A stretch of 62,498 nucleotides of DNA, counting the filler. It is 12 parts of 12 records of this genome, joined end to end, with 100 filler letters (N's around TTAATTAATTAA, not from the genome) between each part and the next. Parts side by side here need not be neighbours in the genome. Positions count along the whole stretch, not along the records: positions 40,799 to 44,978 come from SRR20825010_4515; positions 45,079 to 49,572 come from SRR20825010_4518; positions 49,673 to 54,262 come from SRR20825010_4526; 9 more parts are not named here. One strand, written 5' to 3'. The position numbers and the translations under genes are program-made. Of the stretch, positions 43,160 through 53,112 are shown piece by piece. The number at the start of each line of letters is the position of its first letter. Position 1 is the first letter of the stretch. The notes under the pieces are model-generated. The model had not been told where the DNA came from, did not search any database, and saw only the letters and a program-made list of their open reading frames with translations.

Positions 43160-43854
43160 CGCTTGTTCCGATCAAACCGGCCCGGTCGCTGGCCGAAACT
43201 GCGGCCTCCCAGATCCGAGACGCGATCCTGTCGGGGGCTTTCCGTCTGGGCGAGAACATTTCCGAAGATCGGTTGGTCGAGCGGCTCGGCGTCTCGCGTA
43301 CGCCGGTACGCGATGCGATGGCGCTGCTCGCGCGCGAGGGGCTTGTGATCGTGCGCCCCAAGCGCGGTACTTTCGTGTTCGAAACATCACCCGAGGATAT
43401 CAAGGCGATCTGTGACTATCGCGAAATCCTCGAGACACAGGCGGTTCGGGTCGCATTGCGCTGCGACCGGACCGCCTATCTGGCCGAATTGCAAACGGTC
43501 ATCGATGCGATGACAGCCGCACTCGAGGCCGACGATGCAAATGCCTACGGTCGCCTCGACACGCAGTTCCACGGCGCCGCCTTTAGCCATTGCGGCAATT
43601 CCTATCTGAAAGACGCCAATTCTCTGGTCGCCGGGCGCATCGCCGCGCTGCGCGCCAATATCACTGCCCCCTATGCAGAACGTCGTGCGGAATCTATGGC
43701 CGAACACGTCGCAATGGTAGATCTGTTGGGCACGGGCGAACTTGATGCCTTTGACGCTGCGTTGAAGATCCACATTCGCCGGACCGAGGATGTCTACAGT
43801 CGCGCGCTGGCCGACGGACATTTGGGCGGCTCTACGACAGAGGTACAGAAATGA
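43156..43854 (+). CDS. GntR/FCD transcriptional regulator
   Basis: GVSRTPVRDA HTH; FCD-like FH and EH motifs. Confidence 0.92.
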   Translation: MTLVPIKPARSLAETAASQIRDAILSGAFRLGENISEDRLVERLGVSRTPVRDAMALLAREGLVIVRPKRGTFVFETSPEDIKAICDYREILETQAVRVALRCDRTAYLAELQTVIDAMTAALEADDANAYGRLDTQFHGAAFSHCGNSYLKDANSLVAGRIAALRANITAPYAERRAESMAEHVAMVDLLGTGELDAFDAALKIHIRRTEDVYSRALADGHLGGSTTEVQK

Positions 43855-44738
43855 GACAGACCGGATTGCTGAACGGTGCCGCGCGTCTGCGCGCAAGGCT
43901 GGCTCGGGGTGGGATCCTAGCCTGTCCGGGCGGAGCCGACGCGCTGACCGCCCGTCTGGTGCAACAAGCGGGGTTCGAGGCAGTCTACATGACCGGGCTA
44001 GGGGCGACGGCTGCACGGCTGGGCACGCCAGACCTTGGCTTGATGACCCAGTCGGAAATGGCCGACCAAGCCCGAGCCATGGTGCGCGCCTGCGATCTGC
44101 CGGTCATCGCGGATGCCGATACCGGCTATGGCGGGCCCCTGAATATCCGCCGTACCATCCAAGACTACGCGATGGCCGGAGTCGCGGCCTTGCACCTTGA
44201 GGATCAAGAGAGTCCGAAACGTTGCGGGCAGCTGGCGGGGGTTCGGCTGATTGACCGGGCGAGTGCGGTCCAACGTCTGAGTGCAGCGGTTGCCGCAAGG
44301 GACGAGATGCAAGCCAACACCGTTCTGATTGGCCGGACGGACGCTCTGCAACCCGAAGGGCTGGACCGCGCGCTTGACCGGGCGCGCGCCTACCGCGACA
44401 CGGGCATCGATCTTGTCTTTGTCGATGGGGTCAAGACCCGGGCAGAGGTCGAAGGCATCTCGCAGGGTCTGGACGGCCCCAAGATGGTCAGTCTTGTCGA
44501 TGGCACGGATGCCGCCCAACTGGGGCTCAGCGACCTGGAAGACATGGGCTTCTGTGTCGCGCTCTACGCGGTGACGGCGCTTTTTGGTGCCATTTCCGGC
44601 GCAGGAGACGCCCTTACCACGCTTGCCCAGACCGGGCGCCCCCCTGTTCAATCACGCACAGACTATGGCGATTACGCGCAGGTCGTGGACCTTGTCAGCC
44701 ATCAGGCTTTTTCTCACCAGTTCGAATCCGATGTCTGA
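43851..44738 (+). CDS. Isocitrate lyase/PEP mutase family enzyme
   Basis: DADTGYG, LHLEDQ, KRCGQ, GRTD. Confidence 0.9.
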   Translation: MRQTGLLNGAARLRARLARGGILACPGGADALTARLVQQAGFEAVYMTGLGATAARLGTPDLGLMTQSEMADQARAMVRACDLPVIADADTGYGGPLNIRRTIQDYAMAGVAALHLEDQESPKRCGQLAGVRLIDRASAVQRLSAAVAARDEMQANTVLIGRTDALQPEGLDRALDRARAYRDTGIDLVFVDGVKTRAEVEGISQGLDGPKMVSLVDGTDAAQLGLSDLEDMGFCVALYAVTALFGAISGAGDALTTLAQTGRPPVQSRTDYGDYAQVVDLVSHQAFSHQFESDV

Positions 44739-44774
44739 CTCCCCTTAACCTGACCTGAATTCCCGACCGCAGAC

Positions 44775-44873
44775 CAGATTGGGACCGTGACGATTTAGGT
44801 CAACCTCTTCGAAAAGATCGAAGCCATCGTCGTGGCCGGGTGCGACGGCATCAAGATTTTCTAGCAGGACTTG
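44775..44873 (+). pseudogene. Relic N-terminus of a QuiC-like sugar-phosphate isomerase/HPPD (3-dehydroshikimate dehydratase) gene
   Basis: Manual translation QIGTVTI*VNLFEKIEAIVVAGCDGIKIF*QDL resembles the recalled SIATVS.SG.L.EKL.AIA.AGFDG.EIFE.D N-terminus. Confidence 0.5.
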
Positions 44874-45078
44874 GCGTTATTGCGCAAATCCGGCAAAGGT
44901 CAGAATTTCCCAATCCCTCTGTTTTCAGGCAGCGCCCTCGCTGCCGTGGTCATGTTCTGGTTGTGAGTCCTGGCCCTANNNNNNNNNNNNNNNNNNNNNN
45001 NNNNNNNNNNNNNNNNNNNNNNTTAATTAATTAANNNNNNNNNNNNNNNNNNNNNNNNNNNNNNNNNNNNNNNNNNNN

Positions 45079-47002
45079 GCATTGCAGGCAGATCGGCGAG
45101 TGCTTCCAGCCGGGCGCGTGTGGAGGCATGCGGCAGATGATGGCGAATTGCGAGCGCGCGGGCGAGTGCCGAGATCGGAAACAGACCGTGGAGTTTCAGA
45201 TCCAAACGTCCATTGTCCTGCCGAAACCCACCAAAAATCGTGAAGGGATTGGCGACATTGCGCACGCTTTCACCCAGGAGCTTGGCGAATTCAACACGTT
45301 CCGCCCCCTTTTTCCATACATGGGCCGCAAGCTCGGTGACCAGCCGTTCTTCGCCGTAAACCGCCCGAAGATCGTAGAAAATATCGACATTGAGGAGGTC
45401 CTGCGGTCTCGCCTTTGACACCCACCCACCTATACGTTCGCGCCAGGTTTCCGCTGACCCGCGCCAGGCGGGATTGCGCGCCATCACGCCGCCCTTGCAA
45501 AGAGGAATTGCTGCCGTGTGCAGATGGTCGGTGAACTTTTCCGCAAAAGCAGCAAACCAGCTGTCTTCGGGTCCATCGGGTGCACCCTTTGAAAAGATTA
45601 TGGCATTGTCCTGATCGGCAGCCAGCAGGCTTTCACCGCGCCCACCCGATCCCAGAACCATCACGGCGAACGGTACCGGTGGAGCGCCCCGCCCCTCTGC
45701 TTCCATTTCACACAGCGCCATATGGCAGGCGCTCGCGGTGATGGAACACAGAATACCGGAAATGATTTCGGCGATAACGCGCGTGTCGGTCTCTTCATCG
45801 AGAAGCGCTGAAGCTATGACGGCGGTACGCGACCATGCGCCGGCGAGATCGGCGGGTGTTCGCGCATTTTCGATACGTGCCTGGAGATCGACAGCGGCTC
45901 CTGCCCGGAACTTCAGAAAATCACGCGAAGAGAGCACGCCGGCAAGGTTTCCGCTGTCATCCGAAACCGCCAGATGCCGAATTCTCTTTCGGCTCATCAG
46001 GCCCAGCGCCTTATAGAAAAATGCATCGTCCTCCACCGAGATCACCGGCTTTGAAGCAATGACCGACACAGGTTTGGCCAGTGTGTCGCGGCCCCCGGCG
46101 GCAATTGCCCGCAGGACATCCCGCTCGGTAACGATGGCATAGTCGGCGACGTGGCCGGCCGCTCGTCCATCCGCCGCAAGAAGAAGCGAACTGATGCAGC
46201 GCTCTGCCATGAGGCGAGCAGCGTCCAACACCGTGACGTCGTCACGCGCCACGACGGGCTCACGGGTCGCCGCTTCCAGCACACGATGGCGGAAAGCGTA
46301 GGGATCGATGGCTTCAAGCGCATGTCGAGCGGCGCCGCTGCGGCGCAGAAAGGGTTCGCTCCACCCGGCTTCCGCCTGCTGGCGCAGGGCCTGTGAGCGC
46401 AGGCTTGAGGCGCGCTCGGCCTCGGCGACCGTGCGAATGCCGCGTTCTGCGAGATGCGGCGCAAGCGCGATGAAGATTTCTCCCGCAATGCGCGCATCTG
46501 CGGTCGCTCGGTGGCGCCCGGACGTATCCACCTCCAGCCAGGCGGCGATCGCCTCCAGGGACGCATCGGGCAGGTGTGAATTGACAAGACCGGCAAGCAT
46601 GCGCACGCAGAGCGTTCTTGGAGCCTGCCAGAGCAGACCGGCCCTGTGCGCCTCGCGCTCGAGAACGGCCAGATCGAAGCCAAGCGCATAACCAACGAGA
46701 AGGCGACCGCCCCGATACGCCTCAAAGCGCGGCCAGGCCTCGGCAAAATCGGGTGCCGTGCGCAGCATCTGCCCGGTAATGCCATGAATGGTGGTGGAAC
46801 GCGGCGGGATGGGGACGCCCGGGTCAACGAGTGTCTCAAACATATCGTCCGGCCGCAACTCTCCGTCCACCAGCGCCATGCCGCCGAGCTGCAGGATACG
46901 CGCTTCCTTAACATCAAGCCCGGTGGTCTCGGTATCGAAAGCCACCGCGTTGGCGGCGATCAGGGGTGTGGCGTCGGTGACAGGTCTCACAACACAGTCC
47001 AA
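45079..47002 (-). CDS. DEDDh exonuclease-CBS-DUF294 nucleotidyltransferase fusion, 3' partial
   Basis: FDTETTG, GFD, RHRATADA; CBS pair (IVTERD, IRHLAV); GSGGRGE...DQDNA; DLKLHGLFPI. Confidence 0.88.
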
Positions 47003-47138
47003 ACAGAAGGTTTTGAGTGAATTTGCACCAGAAACAGACCGAATTCACCCGCAGATACCACGCCTGGGACCAAAGTCTCACCTTTCGTCACATCGCGGCG
47101 TGGAACGGACCGCATGTGGTTCCGTAGGCGCAGACACC

Positions 47139-47551
47139 ATGTGCCACCTGTTTACCGGTTTCGACCTGGCACTTTGGGAAAATGAAACCCGCTGCTTATC
47201 GCTGGATGGCGTGGCCACCAGCGTTCGGCTGGAGCGTTTTTTTCTGGCGCGTTCTGGAGAATATCGGTGCGCGCTGGATTGACCGTCAGCGGTCTTCTGG
47301 ACTGGCTTTACCAGGAGTTCCCGGATGAAGGCCACGATCTCGATAGTTTCACCTCCTTCCTGGGCGTATGCTGCGGACGCTTCCTTGCCCTGCAGCTCAC
47401 AGGCGACATAACCGGTGGCCGGACGGTCTCCATCCGGTCGCTGGACGCAATCTCCGTGCTGGCGCGCGAGGAAGCACACCTGCGCGGCAGGACCATGGTG
47501 GGAAGCGCATTTCAGATACCGGATGGCAGCCCGACTATGGGATCTGACTGA
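47139..47551 (+). pseudogene. Frameshifted ribbon-helix-helix (RHH_4-like) gene
   Basis: Three consecutive frames give MCHLF...TSVRLE / FWRVLENIG / GLTVSGLL...FTSFLGVCCGR. Confidence 0.7.
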
Positions 47552-48809
47552 ATATGAGCGATGCGTTGACGCCGCCGAAGCCGAAGGCGTTCGACAGAAC
47601 ATGACGGAGTTTCCGGTGGCCGGGTTTTCCGGCCACCATATCGAAACGGGACGCTGCTTCATCGGGGTTTTTCAGGTTCAGCGTTGCGGGCACCACCCCT
47701 TCGCGCAGTGCCATCACCGAAAAGATCGCCTCGATCGCCCCCGCCGCACCAAGAAGGTGCCCGGTGGACGACTTGGTGGCGGCGATGGCGAGCGCCTTCT
47801 CCCGACTTGCGAAGACGCTGCTGATCGCCGCGAGTTCCGCCGCATCGCCGACCTCGGTCGAGGTGCTGTGGGCGTTGATGTGATCGATGTCTTCGGCGGC
47901 CAGGCCGGCCATGGACAACGCCTGGCGCATCGCCGCGGCCGCGCTGCGCCCGTCAGGATGCCCGGCCGTCAGATGATAGGCATCCGCAGTGGTGCCATAG
48001 CCGGCCAGAACCGCCAGCGGCGTTGCCCCACGGGCGCGCGCATGACTTAGCCGCTCGATAACGAGAATGGCGGAACCCTCGGCCAGAACGAAGCCGGCGC
48101 GATCCCTGTCAAAGGGACGTGAGGCCTCTTCCGGCGCATGGTTGAAGGCGGTGCACAGAGCCCGGGAGGCGGCGAAACCGCCTATGGAAATCGGGTCTAC
48201 CGACCCTTCCGCGCCGCCGCACACCACCACATCCGCCTCGCCTGTCAAAATCAGCCGCAAGCCGTCGCCAATGGCCTGCCCGGCCGCGGCGCAGGCGGTG
48301 ACCGGCGCACCGATGGGACCAGTGAAACCGTAGCGGATCGATACCCAGCCGGCGGCGAGATTGGCCAGAAAGGCCGGGACCGTGAATGGCGACAGGCGAC
48401 GCGGCCCCCGGGTCAGAATCGTCTTCACCGCTTCCGCCATCAGTGGTGAACCGCCGACACCCGTGCCGATGATGATAGCGGTTCTGGCGCGCGCGCCTTC
48501 ATCCTCCGGCATCCAGACGGCCTGCGCCAACGCTTCGGCGGTTGCCGCCAGGCCATATTGGATGAAGCGGTCCATTTTCCTGATGTCCCTGGCGTCAACC
48601 CACTCGCGCGGGTCAAATCCATGAATGTCCGTCTCCTTGGGCGGAACAAGGCCAGCAATGGTGCAGGAGAAGCCGGAAACATCAAATCGATCATTGGTAA
48701 CGATGCCGCTGCGCCCCTCAAGGAGGCGACGCCAATTGGTTTCAACACCGACACCCAAAGGGCTGACCACCCCCATCCCCGTCACCACTACCGGGTCTTT
48801 GTGGACCAT
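47535..48809 (-). CDS. fabF: Beta-ketoacyl-ACP synthase II paralogue
   Basis: TACA (Cys), INAHSTST and TGHLLGAAG (His-His), SRPFDRDR, FGFGG. Confidence 0.92.
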   Translation of the reverse strand: MVHKDPVVVTGMGVVSPLGVGVETNWRRLLEGRSGIVTNDRFDVSGFSCTIAGLVPPKETDIHGFDPREWVDARDIRKMDRFIQYGLAATAEALAQAVWMPEDEGARARTAIIIGTGVGGSPLMAEAVKTILTRGPRRLSPFTVPAFLANLAAGWVSIRYGFTGPIGAPVTACAAAGQAIGDGLRLILTGEADVVVCGGAEGSVDPISIGGFAASRALCTAFNHAPEEASRPFDRDRAGFVLAEGSAILVIERLSHARARGATPLAVLAGYGTTADAYHLTAGHPDGRSAAAAMRQALSMAGLAAEDIDHINAHSTSTEVGDAAELAAISSVFASREKALAIAATKSSTGHLLGAAGAIEAIFSVMALREGVVPATLNLKNPDEAASRFDMVAGKPGHRKLRHVLSNAFGFGGVNASLIFSQIP

Positions 48810-48846
48810 TGCATTTTTTCCTCTTTAGCTTTCGCATTCATAAGTC

Positions 48847-48872
48847 GTGTAATTACACCAGTGTATCTACAC
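48847..48872. promoter_or_regulatory. Tandem GTGTA-NN-TACAC operators upstream of fabF
   Basis: GTGTAATTACAC (48847) and GTGTATCTACAC (48861). Confidence 0.7.
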
Positions 48873-48912
48873 TTTTTATTGCGGAAAAATATCGTGCCTT
48901 GCCTCACGCGGC

Positions 48913-49329
48913 TTAGCCCGATGTCAGTTTTTTAAGCGCGACGAGCATGTCCTGATGGTCGTGACCGGCGAGTAGCTCACGCAGCTCCGCCTGTGCCATT
49001 TGCCAATGGGGGGTGATCTCGGTAACCAGCCTGCGGCCCTGTTCGCTCAGAAGGAAACGGCGTCCATTGCCCCTGGTCGCGGGAACAGCGCGAACAAGAC
49101 CCTTCTTCAATAGAAGTTCCAGATTGCGAAGAAGCGTGGTGCGATCGGTCGCCACCCGTTCTGCGGTGCGGCTGACGGGTTCGTCAAACTGCCTTGCAAG
49201 GGTGGCGAGGATGGCGAATTGCACCACCGAAACGCCGAAGGGACGTAACTGTTCATCATAGCGGCGCGTCATCGAGCGCGCCGCCATCACAGTGTTCATC
49301 AAAAGACAATCATCGGCCACATAATCCAT
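48913..49329 (-). CDS. MarR family regulator
   Basis: C......AAR..TRRYD, QF.IL, DRTTL.RNL..L...GLV. Confidence 0.9.
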   Translation of the reverse strand: MDYVADDCLLMNTVMAARSMTRRYDEQLRPFGVSVVQFAILATLARQFDEPVSRTAERVATDRTTLLRNLELLLKKGLVRAVPATRGNGRRFLLSEQGRRLVTEITPHWQMAQAELRELLAGHDHQDMLVALKKLTSG

Positions 49330-49344
49330 CGGGCGGACAGTATA

Positions 49345-49356
49345 GTGTATCTACAC
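49345..49356. promoter_or_regulatory. GTGTATCTACAC operator upstream of marR
   Basis: Identical 12-mer to the site at 48861, 15 bp before the marR start. Confidence 0.7.
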
Positions 49357-49482
49357 GGTGTCAAGCGACAAAATGCCGGGTGGCTTCTTTGCGGTTCTCA
49401 TCAGGAATGCTATAGGGCAGCCGACCTTTCGCGGGGGGAGTTCCTCTCTGCGCCTTTCAAACCACAATTGCGGAGCTTTTTC

Positions 49483-49572
49483 ATGGGTAAGATCAAGGTG
49501 GACAATCCGGTCGTCGAGCTCGACGGCGATGAGATGACACGGATCATCTGGCAGTTCATCAAGGAAAAGCTG
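49483..49572 (+). CDS. icd: NADP-isocitrate dehydrogenase, 3' partial
   Basis: [23 protein letters not shown]. Confidence 0.92.
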
Positions 49573-49757
49573 NNNNNNNNNNNNNNNNNNNNNNNNNNNN
49601 NNNNNNNNNNNNNNNNTTAATTAATTAANNNNNNNNNNNNNNNNNNNNNNNNNNNNNNNNNNNNNNNNNNNNGGTAACCGGTGTTCTACCCCCACATTGC
49701 CCGCTGTCGCCTGATCTGTGATCGAGTTTCCATGGATGAGCGACAAGGAGTTTCTCC

Positions 49758-50147
49758 ATGGATACTACATTGGAGGTTCTCCCGACGCGGCGGGGCCGAC
49801 GTGAGGCTCATCGCCAATGGCCGGACGAGGTCAAGGCGCGGATTGTTTCGGAGAGCTTGCGTCCGGGCGCGACAGTAAATGAAGTAGCGGGACGCTACGG
49901 GCTGAAGGCTAACCACCTGTCATCATGGCGGACGTTGGCTCGGCAGGGCAAGCTGGTGCTGCCAGAGCCGGAAGACGCGGTCGAGTTTGCGGCTATCGTT
50001 GTCGATACTCCAGCGCCGGAGCCGCAGACTGTCAAGGTCGCTTCCCGCGCCGAGATTGTCGTAGGCCCTGTCACGATCCGTCTTGAGGAAGGCGCGTCTG
50101 CGTCCCGGATTGCTGCCATCGCCCGCGCCTTGGCGGCAGCGACATGA
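49758..50147 (+). CDS. tnpA: IS66 TnpA HTH protein
   Basis: R.W..E.KARIV.ES..PGATV..VA.RYG...N.LSSWR. Confidence 0.9.
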   Translation: MDTTLEVLPTRRGRREAHRQWPDEVKARIVSESLRPGATVNEVAGRYGLKANHLSSWRTLARQGKLVLPEPEDAVEFAAIVVDTPAPEPQTVKVASRAEIVVGPVTIRLEEGASASRIAAIARALAAAT

Positions 50148-50497
50148 TCTTTCCGTCGAACCGCGTACGGATCATGGTGGCGACCAAACCTGTCGACTTC
50201 CGCAAGGGTCATGACGGCCTGGCGGCGCTGGTGAAGAACGAGTTGCGCAAGGACCCGTTTACGGGAACTGTCTTCGTGTTCCGATCACGGAAGGCGGACC
50301 GGTTGAAGCTGATCTACTGGGATGGCTCCGGAATCGTCATGGCCTACAAACGGCTTGAAGAGCACACATTCACTTGGCCTAGCATCAAGGATGGCTTGAT
50401 GACACTCACACATGCTCAGTTCGAAGCCCTATTTGCGGGCCTCGACTGGCGGCGGGTTCATGCCGTCCAGACGAGAACGCCGGAGACCATCGAATAG
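50144..50497 (+). CDS. tnpB: IS66 TnpB accessory protein
   Basis: PVDFRKG.DGL, FVFR, KLIYWDG.G, KRLE; ATGA overlap with tnpA. Confidence 0.93.
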   Translation: MIFPSNRVRIMVATKPVDFRKGHDGLAALVKNELRKDPFTGTVFVFRSRKADRLKLIYWDGSGIVMAYKRLEEHTFTWPSIKDGLMTLTHAQFEALFAGLDWRRVHAVQTRTPETIE

Positions 50498-50566
50498 CTG
50501 CGGCACGATGACTCAGCGCCCCAAATTCCAGAGGCAAATCCGCTCGGGATTTGATATTTTCCGGCC

Positions 50567-52144
50567 ATGCTCGAAGCCGCCGATCTTCCCGATGATGTCG
50601 CCGCCCTGAAGGCGCTGCTGATCGCGGCACAGGCACGCGAGGCGGCCAAGGACGTCGCGATAGCCAGCAAAGATGAGCATATCGCCCGCAAGGATGAGCG
50701 GATCGAACGACTTGAGAAGCTGGTCGCAGCGTTCAAGCAGGCAGCCTTCGGACGCAAATCGGAGAAGACCGATCCCGACCAATTCGACCTGGCGCTGGAA
50801 GACCTGGAGACGGCTATGGCCGTGATCCATGCCGAGGATGAGGCGGACGCTCCTGCTACAAATAGGATTGCCAAGCCACGTGCGATCAATCGCGGCTCGC
50901 TTCCGAAGCATCTCCCGCGTATCGAGGAAGTTATTGAGCCAGAGAGCCTGATCTGCGGCTGTGGCGGCTGCCTCCATTGCATTGGCGAAGATGTCTCCGA
51001 GCGGTTGGACGTGATCCCGGCACAGTTCCGCGTGATCGTCACCCGTCGCCCCAAATATGCCTGCCGTGCTTGCACTGACGGAATCGTTCAAGCTCCGGCA
51101 CCAGCACGGCTGATCAAGGCAGGGCTCCCGACAGAAGCGACCATCGCCCATGTGCTGGTCTCCAAGTATGCCGATCACCTGCCGCTCTATCGGCAGGCGC
51201 AGATCATGAGCCGCCAGGGCATCGATCTCGACCGGTCTACGCTGGCCGATTGGGTCGGTCGGGCAGCCTATGAACTGCGGCCCGTCTTTGATGCACTGAT
51301 TGCCGACCTGAAGCGCTCGTCCAAGCTCTTCATGGACGAGACCCATGCCCCGGTTCTCGATCCCGGCTCGCGCAAAACCAAGACCGGATACTTCTGGGCG
51401 CTGGCACGGGATGATCGCCCATGGGGCGGCGGCGCTCCGCCGGGTGTCGCCTTCACCTACGCACCCGGTCGCGGTGGCATTCATGCCGAGCGGATATTGC
51501 CGGGGTTCTCGGGCGTTCTCCAGGTCGATGGTTATGCGGGATACAACAGGCTGATCGCCCCTGAGCGTGTCGGCCCAGACATTCGGCTCGCCTATTGCTG
51601 GGCTCACGCGCGGCGCAAGCTAGTGGAGATCACCCGCAACGGGTCAGCACCCATTGCCGAGGATGGAGTCAAGCGCATCGGTGAACTGTATCGGATCGAG
51701 GCCGAACTGCGCGGCCGTGATCCGCAGGTTCGTCTCGCTGGACGGCAGGAGCGGTCAGCGCCACTCGTCGCCGACATGCAAATTTGGCTTGTCCATCACC
51801 GTGCCCGTGTCTCAACCAAGTCCCCACTCGGCGAGGCCTTGGCCTACATTGCCAAATACTGGGATGGACTGAAGCTCTTCCTGACCGACGGTCGTATTGA
51901 GATCGACAGCAATTGTGTCGAGCGAACCATCCGGCCGATAGCGCTCAATCGCAAGAACGCACTCTTTGCGGGTCACGATGCCGGGGCCGAGAACTGGGCG
52001 ACTATCGCCTCGCTGATCGAAACCTGCAAACTTAATGCCGTCGATCCACAAGTGTACCTTACCCGCACGCTCTCAGCCATCGTCAGAGGGCATAAGCAGA
52101 GACAGATCGATGATCTGCTTCCCTGGAATCATCAGGCCGCGTAA
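50567..52144 (+). CDS. tnpC: IS66 TnpC DDE transposase
   Basis: FGRKSEK, Zn-finger Cys motifs, HLPLYRQ, MDET, VDGY, CWAHARRK, IDSN.VER.IR, LLPW; reading frame intact. Confidence 0.96.
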   Translation: MLEAADLPDDVAALKALLIAAQAREAAKDVAIASKDEHIARKDERIERLEKLVAAFKQAAFGRKSEKTDPDQFDLALEDLETAMAVIHAEDEADAPATNRIAKPRAINRGSLPKHLPRIEEVIEPESLICGCGGCLHCIGEDVSERLDVIPAQFRVIVTRRPKYACRACTDGIVQAPAPARLIKAGLPTEATIAHVLVSKYADHLPLYRQAQIMSRQGIDLDRSTLADWVGRAAYELRPVFDALIADLKRSSKLFMDETHAPVLDPGSRKTKTGYFWALARDDRPWGGGAPPGVAFTYAPGRGGIHAERILPGFSGVLQVDGYAGYNRLIAPERVGPDIRLAYCWAHARRKLVEITRNGSAPIAEDGVKRIGELYRIEAELRGRDPQVRLAGRQERSAPLVADMQIWLVHHRARVSTKSPLGEALAYIAKYWDGLKLFLTDGRIEIDSNCVERTIRPIALNRKNALFAGHDAGAENWATIASLIETCKLNAVDPQVYLTRTLSAIVRGHKQRQIDDLLPWNHQAA

Positions 52145-52215
52145 CGTTTGTCAGGGACAGCGATGGGCTCGCCAATATTCTCCCAATTGTATTGTGGTCG
52201 CCGATTGCCCAGTGG

Positions 52216-53112
52216 TCAGCCCCGTGAGGTCAGCCATACGCCAACCAAGGTCACTGCCAGCCCGGCGAACATCGCGAAGGTCAGAGGCTCTGAGAACAAC
52301 ATCCAGGCCCATAGCATTGTCACGGGTGGGCTGAGGTAGATGGCGGCGCTCACCTTGGCAACCGGGAACAGCCGAAGACTGGTATAGTAGACCGCATACG
52401 CGAGGAACGTTGCGATCAGAACTAGCCAGACCATCCCGATTGCAAAGTCTCGGGTCATCGGTGGGGCAAGGCTGCCCTGCGTCAATGCGCACAGGCCGAA
52501 GAGAACCGACCCCATCAGCGTCTGGATGCAAAGGCTCTGGTGGACCGGCATGTGTTGAGTCTTGCATCTCCTATGCAGGACTGAGGCGACGGCGAACACC
52601 AGCATCGAACCTACCGTCAGACCGTACGCCCAGATCGGAGCAGTACCGAAACTGAGGCTGTCGAAGGAGACGATCAAGACGCCGACGACCGCAATCGCGG
52701 TGCCCAGCCATTGCCGTTGCGTCAGCCGCTCACCGAGGACGGGCTGGGAAAGGGCGGCTATTGCGAGCGGAAGTAGGTCGGCAATCAGCGCGACCAACCC
52801 GGTTGGCACTCTTTGCTCGATGGCAAGCGCGAAGCCTCCGAGATAAAGGAAGACCGCCATGACGCCGAATAGCGCCTGATCCCTGACCGCACGCATTGAT
52901 ATCCTTGGTCCGATGGCCAACGCGAAGGGCAGGAGGATCAAACCCGAGAGCAAAGTCCGCCAGAAGAGCAAAAGCATGACGCTCGCCTCCTGATTGGCAT
53001 ATCGAATGCCGACAAACCCGGAACTCCATCCGATGATGAGAAGCGTGGCGAGCAATGGCCATAACAGAGGATGGCGACTGGCAGAGACGGAAGGTAGAGA
53101 GGTGTCGGTCAT
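52216..53112 (-). CDS. DMT/EamA family transporter
   Basis: 10 TM, WSSGFV, LGERL, YL.PP. Confidence 0.9.
   Translation of the reverse strand: MTDTSLPSVSASRHPLLWPLLATLLIIGWSSGFVGIRYANQEASVMLLLFWRTLLSGLILLPFALAIGPRISMRAVRDQALFGVMAVFLYLGGFALAIEQRVPTGLVALIADLLPLAIAALSQPVLGERLTQRQWLGTAIAVVGVLIVSFDSLSFGTAPIWAYGLTVGSMLVFAVASVLHRRCKTQHMPVHQSLCIQTLMGSVLFGLCALTQGSLAPPMTRDFAIGMVWLVLIATFLAYAVYYTSLRLFPVAKVSAAIYLSPPVTMLWAWMLFSEPLTFAMFAGLAVTLVGVWLTSRG

Noticed and set aside
50144-50497. TnpB as an RNA-guided nuclease
   Set aside because: 117-aa IS66 accessory protein, unrelated to IS200/IS605 TnpB; no RuvC motifs
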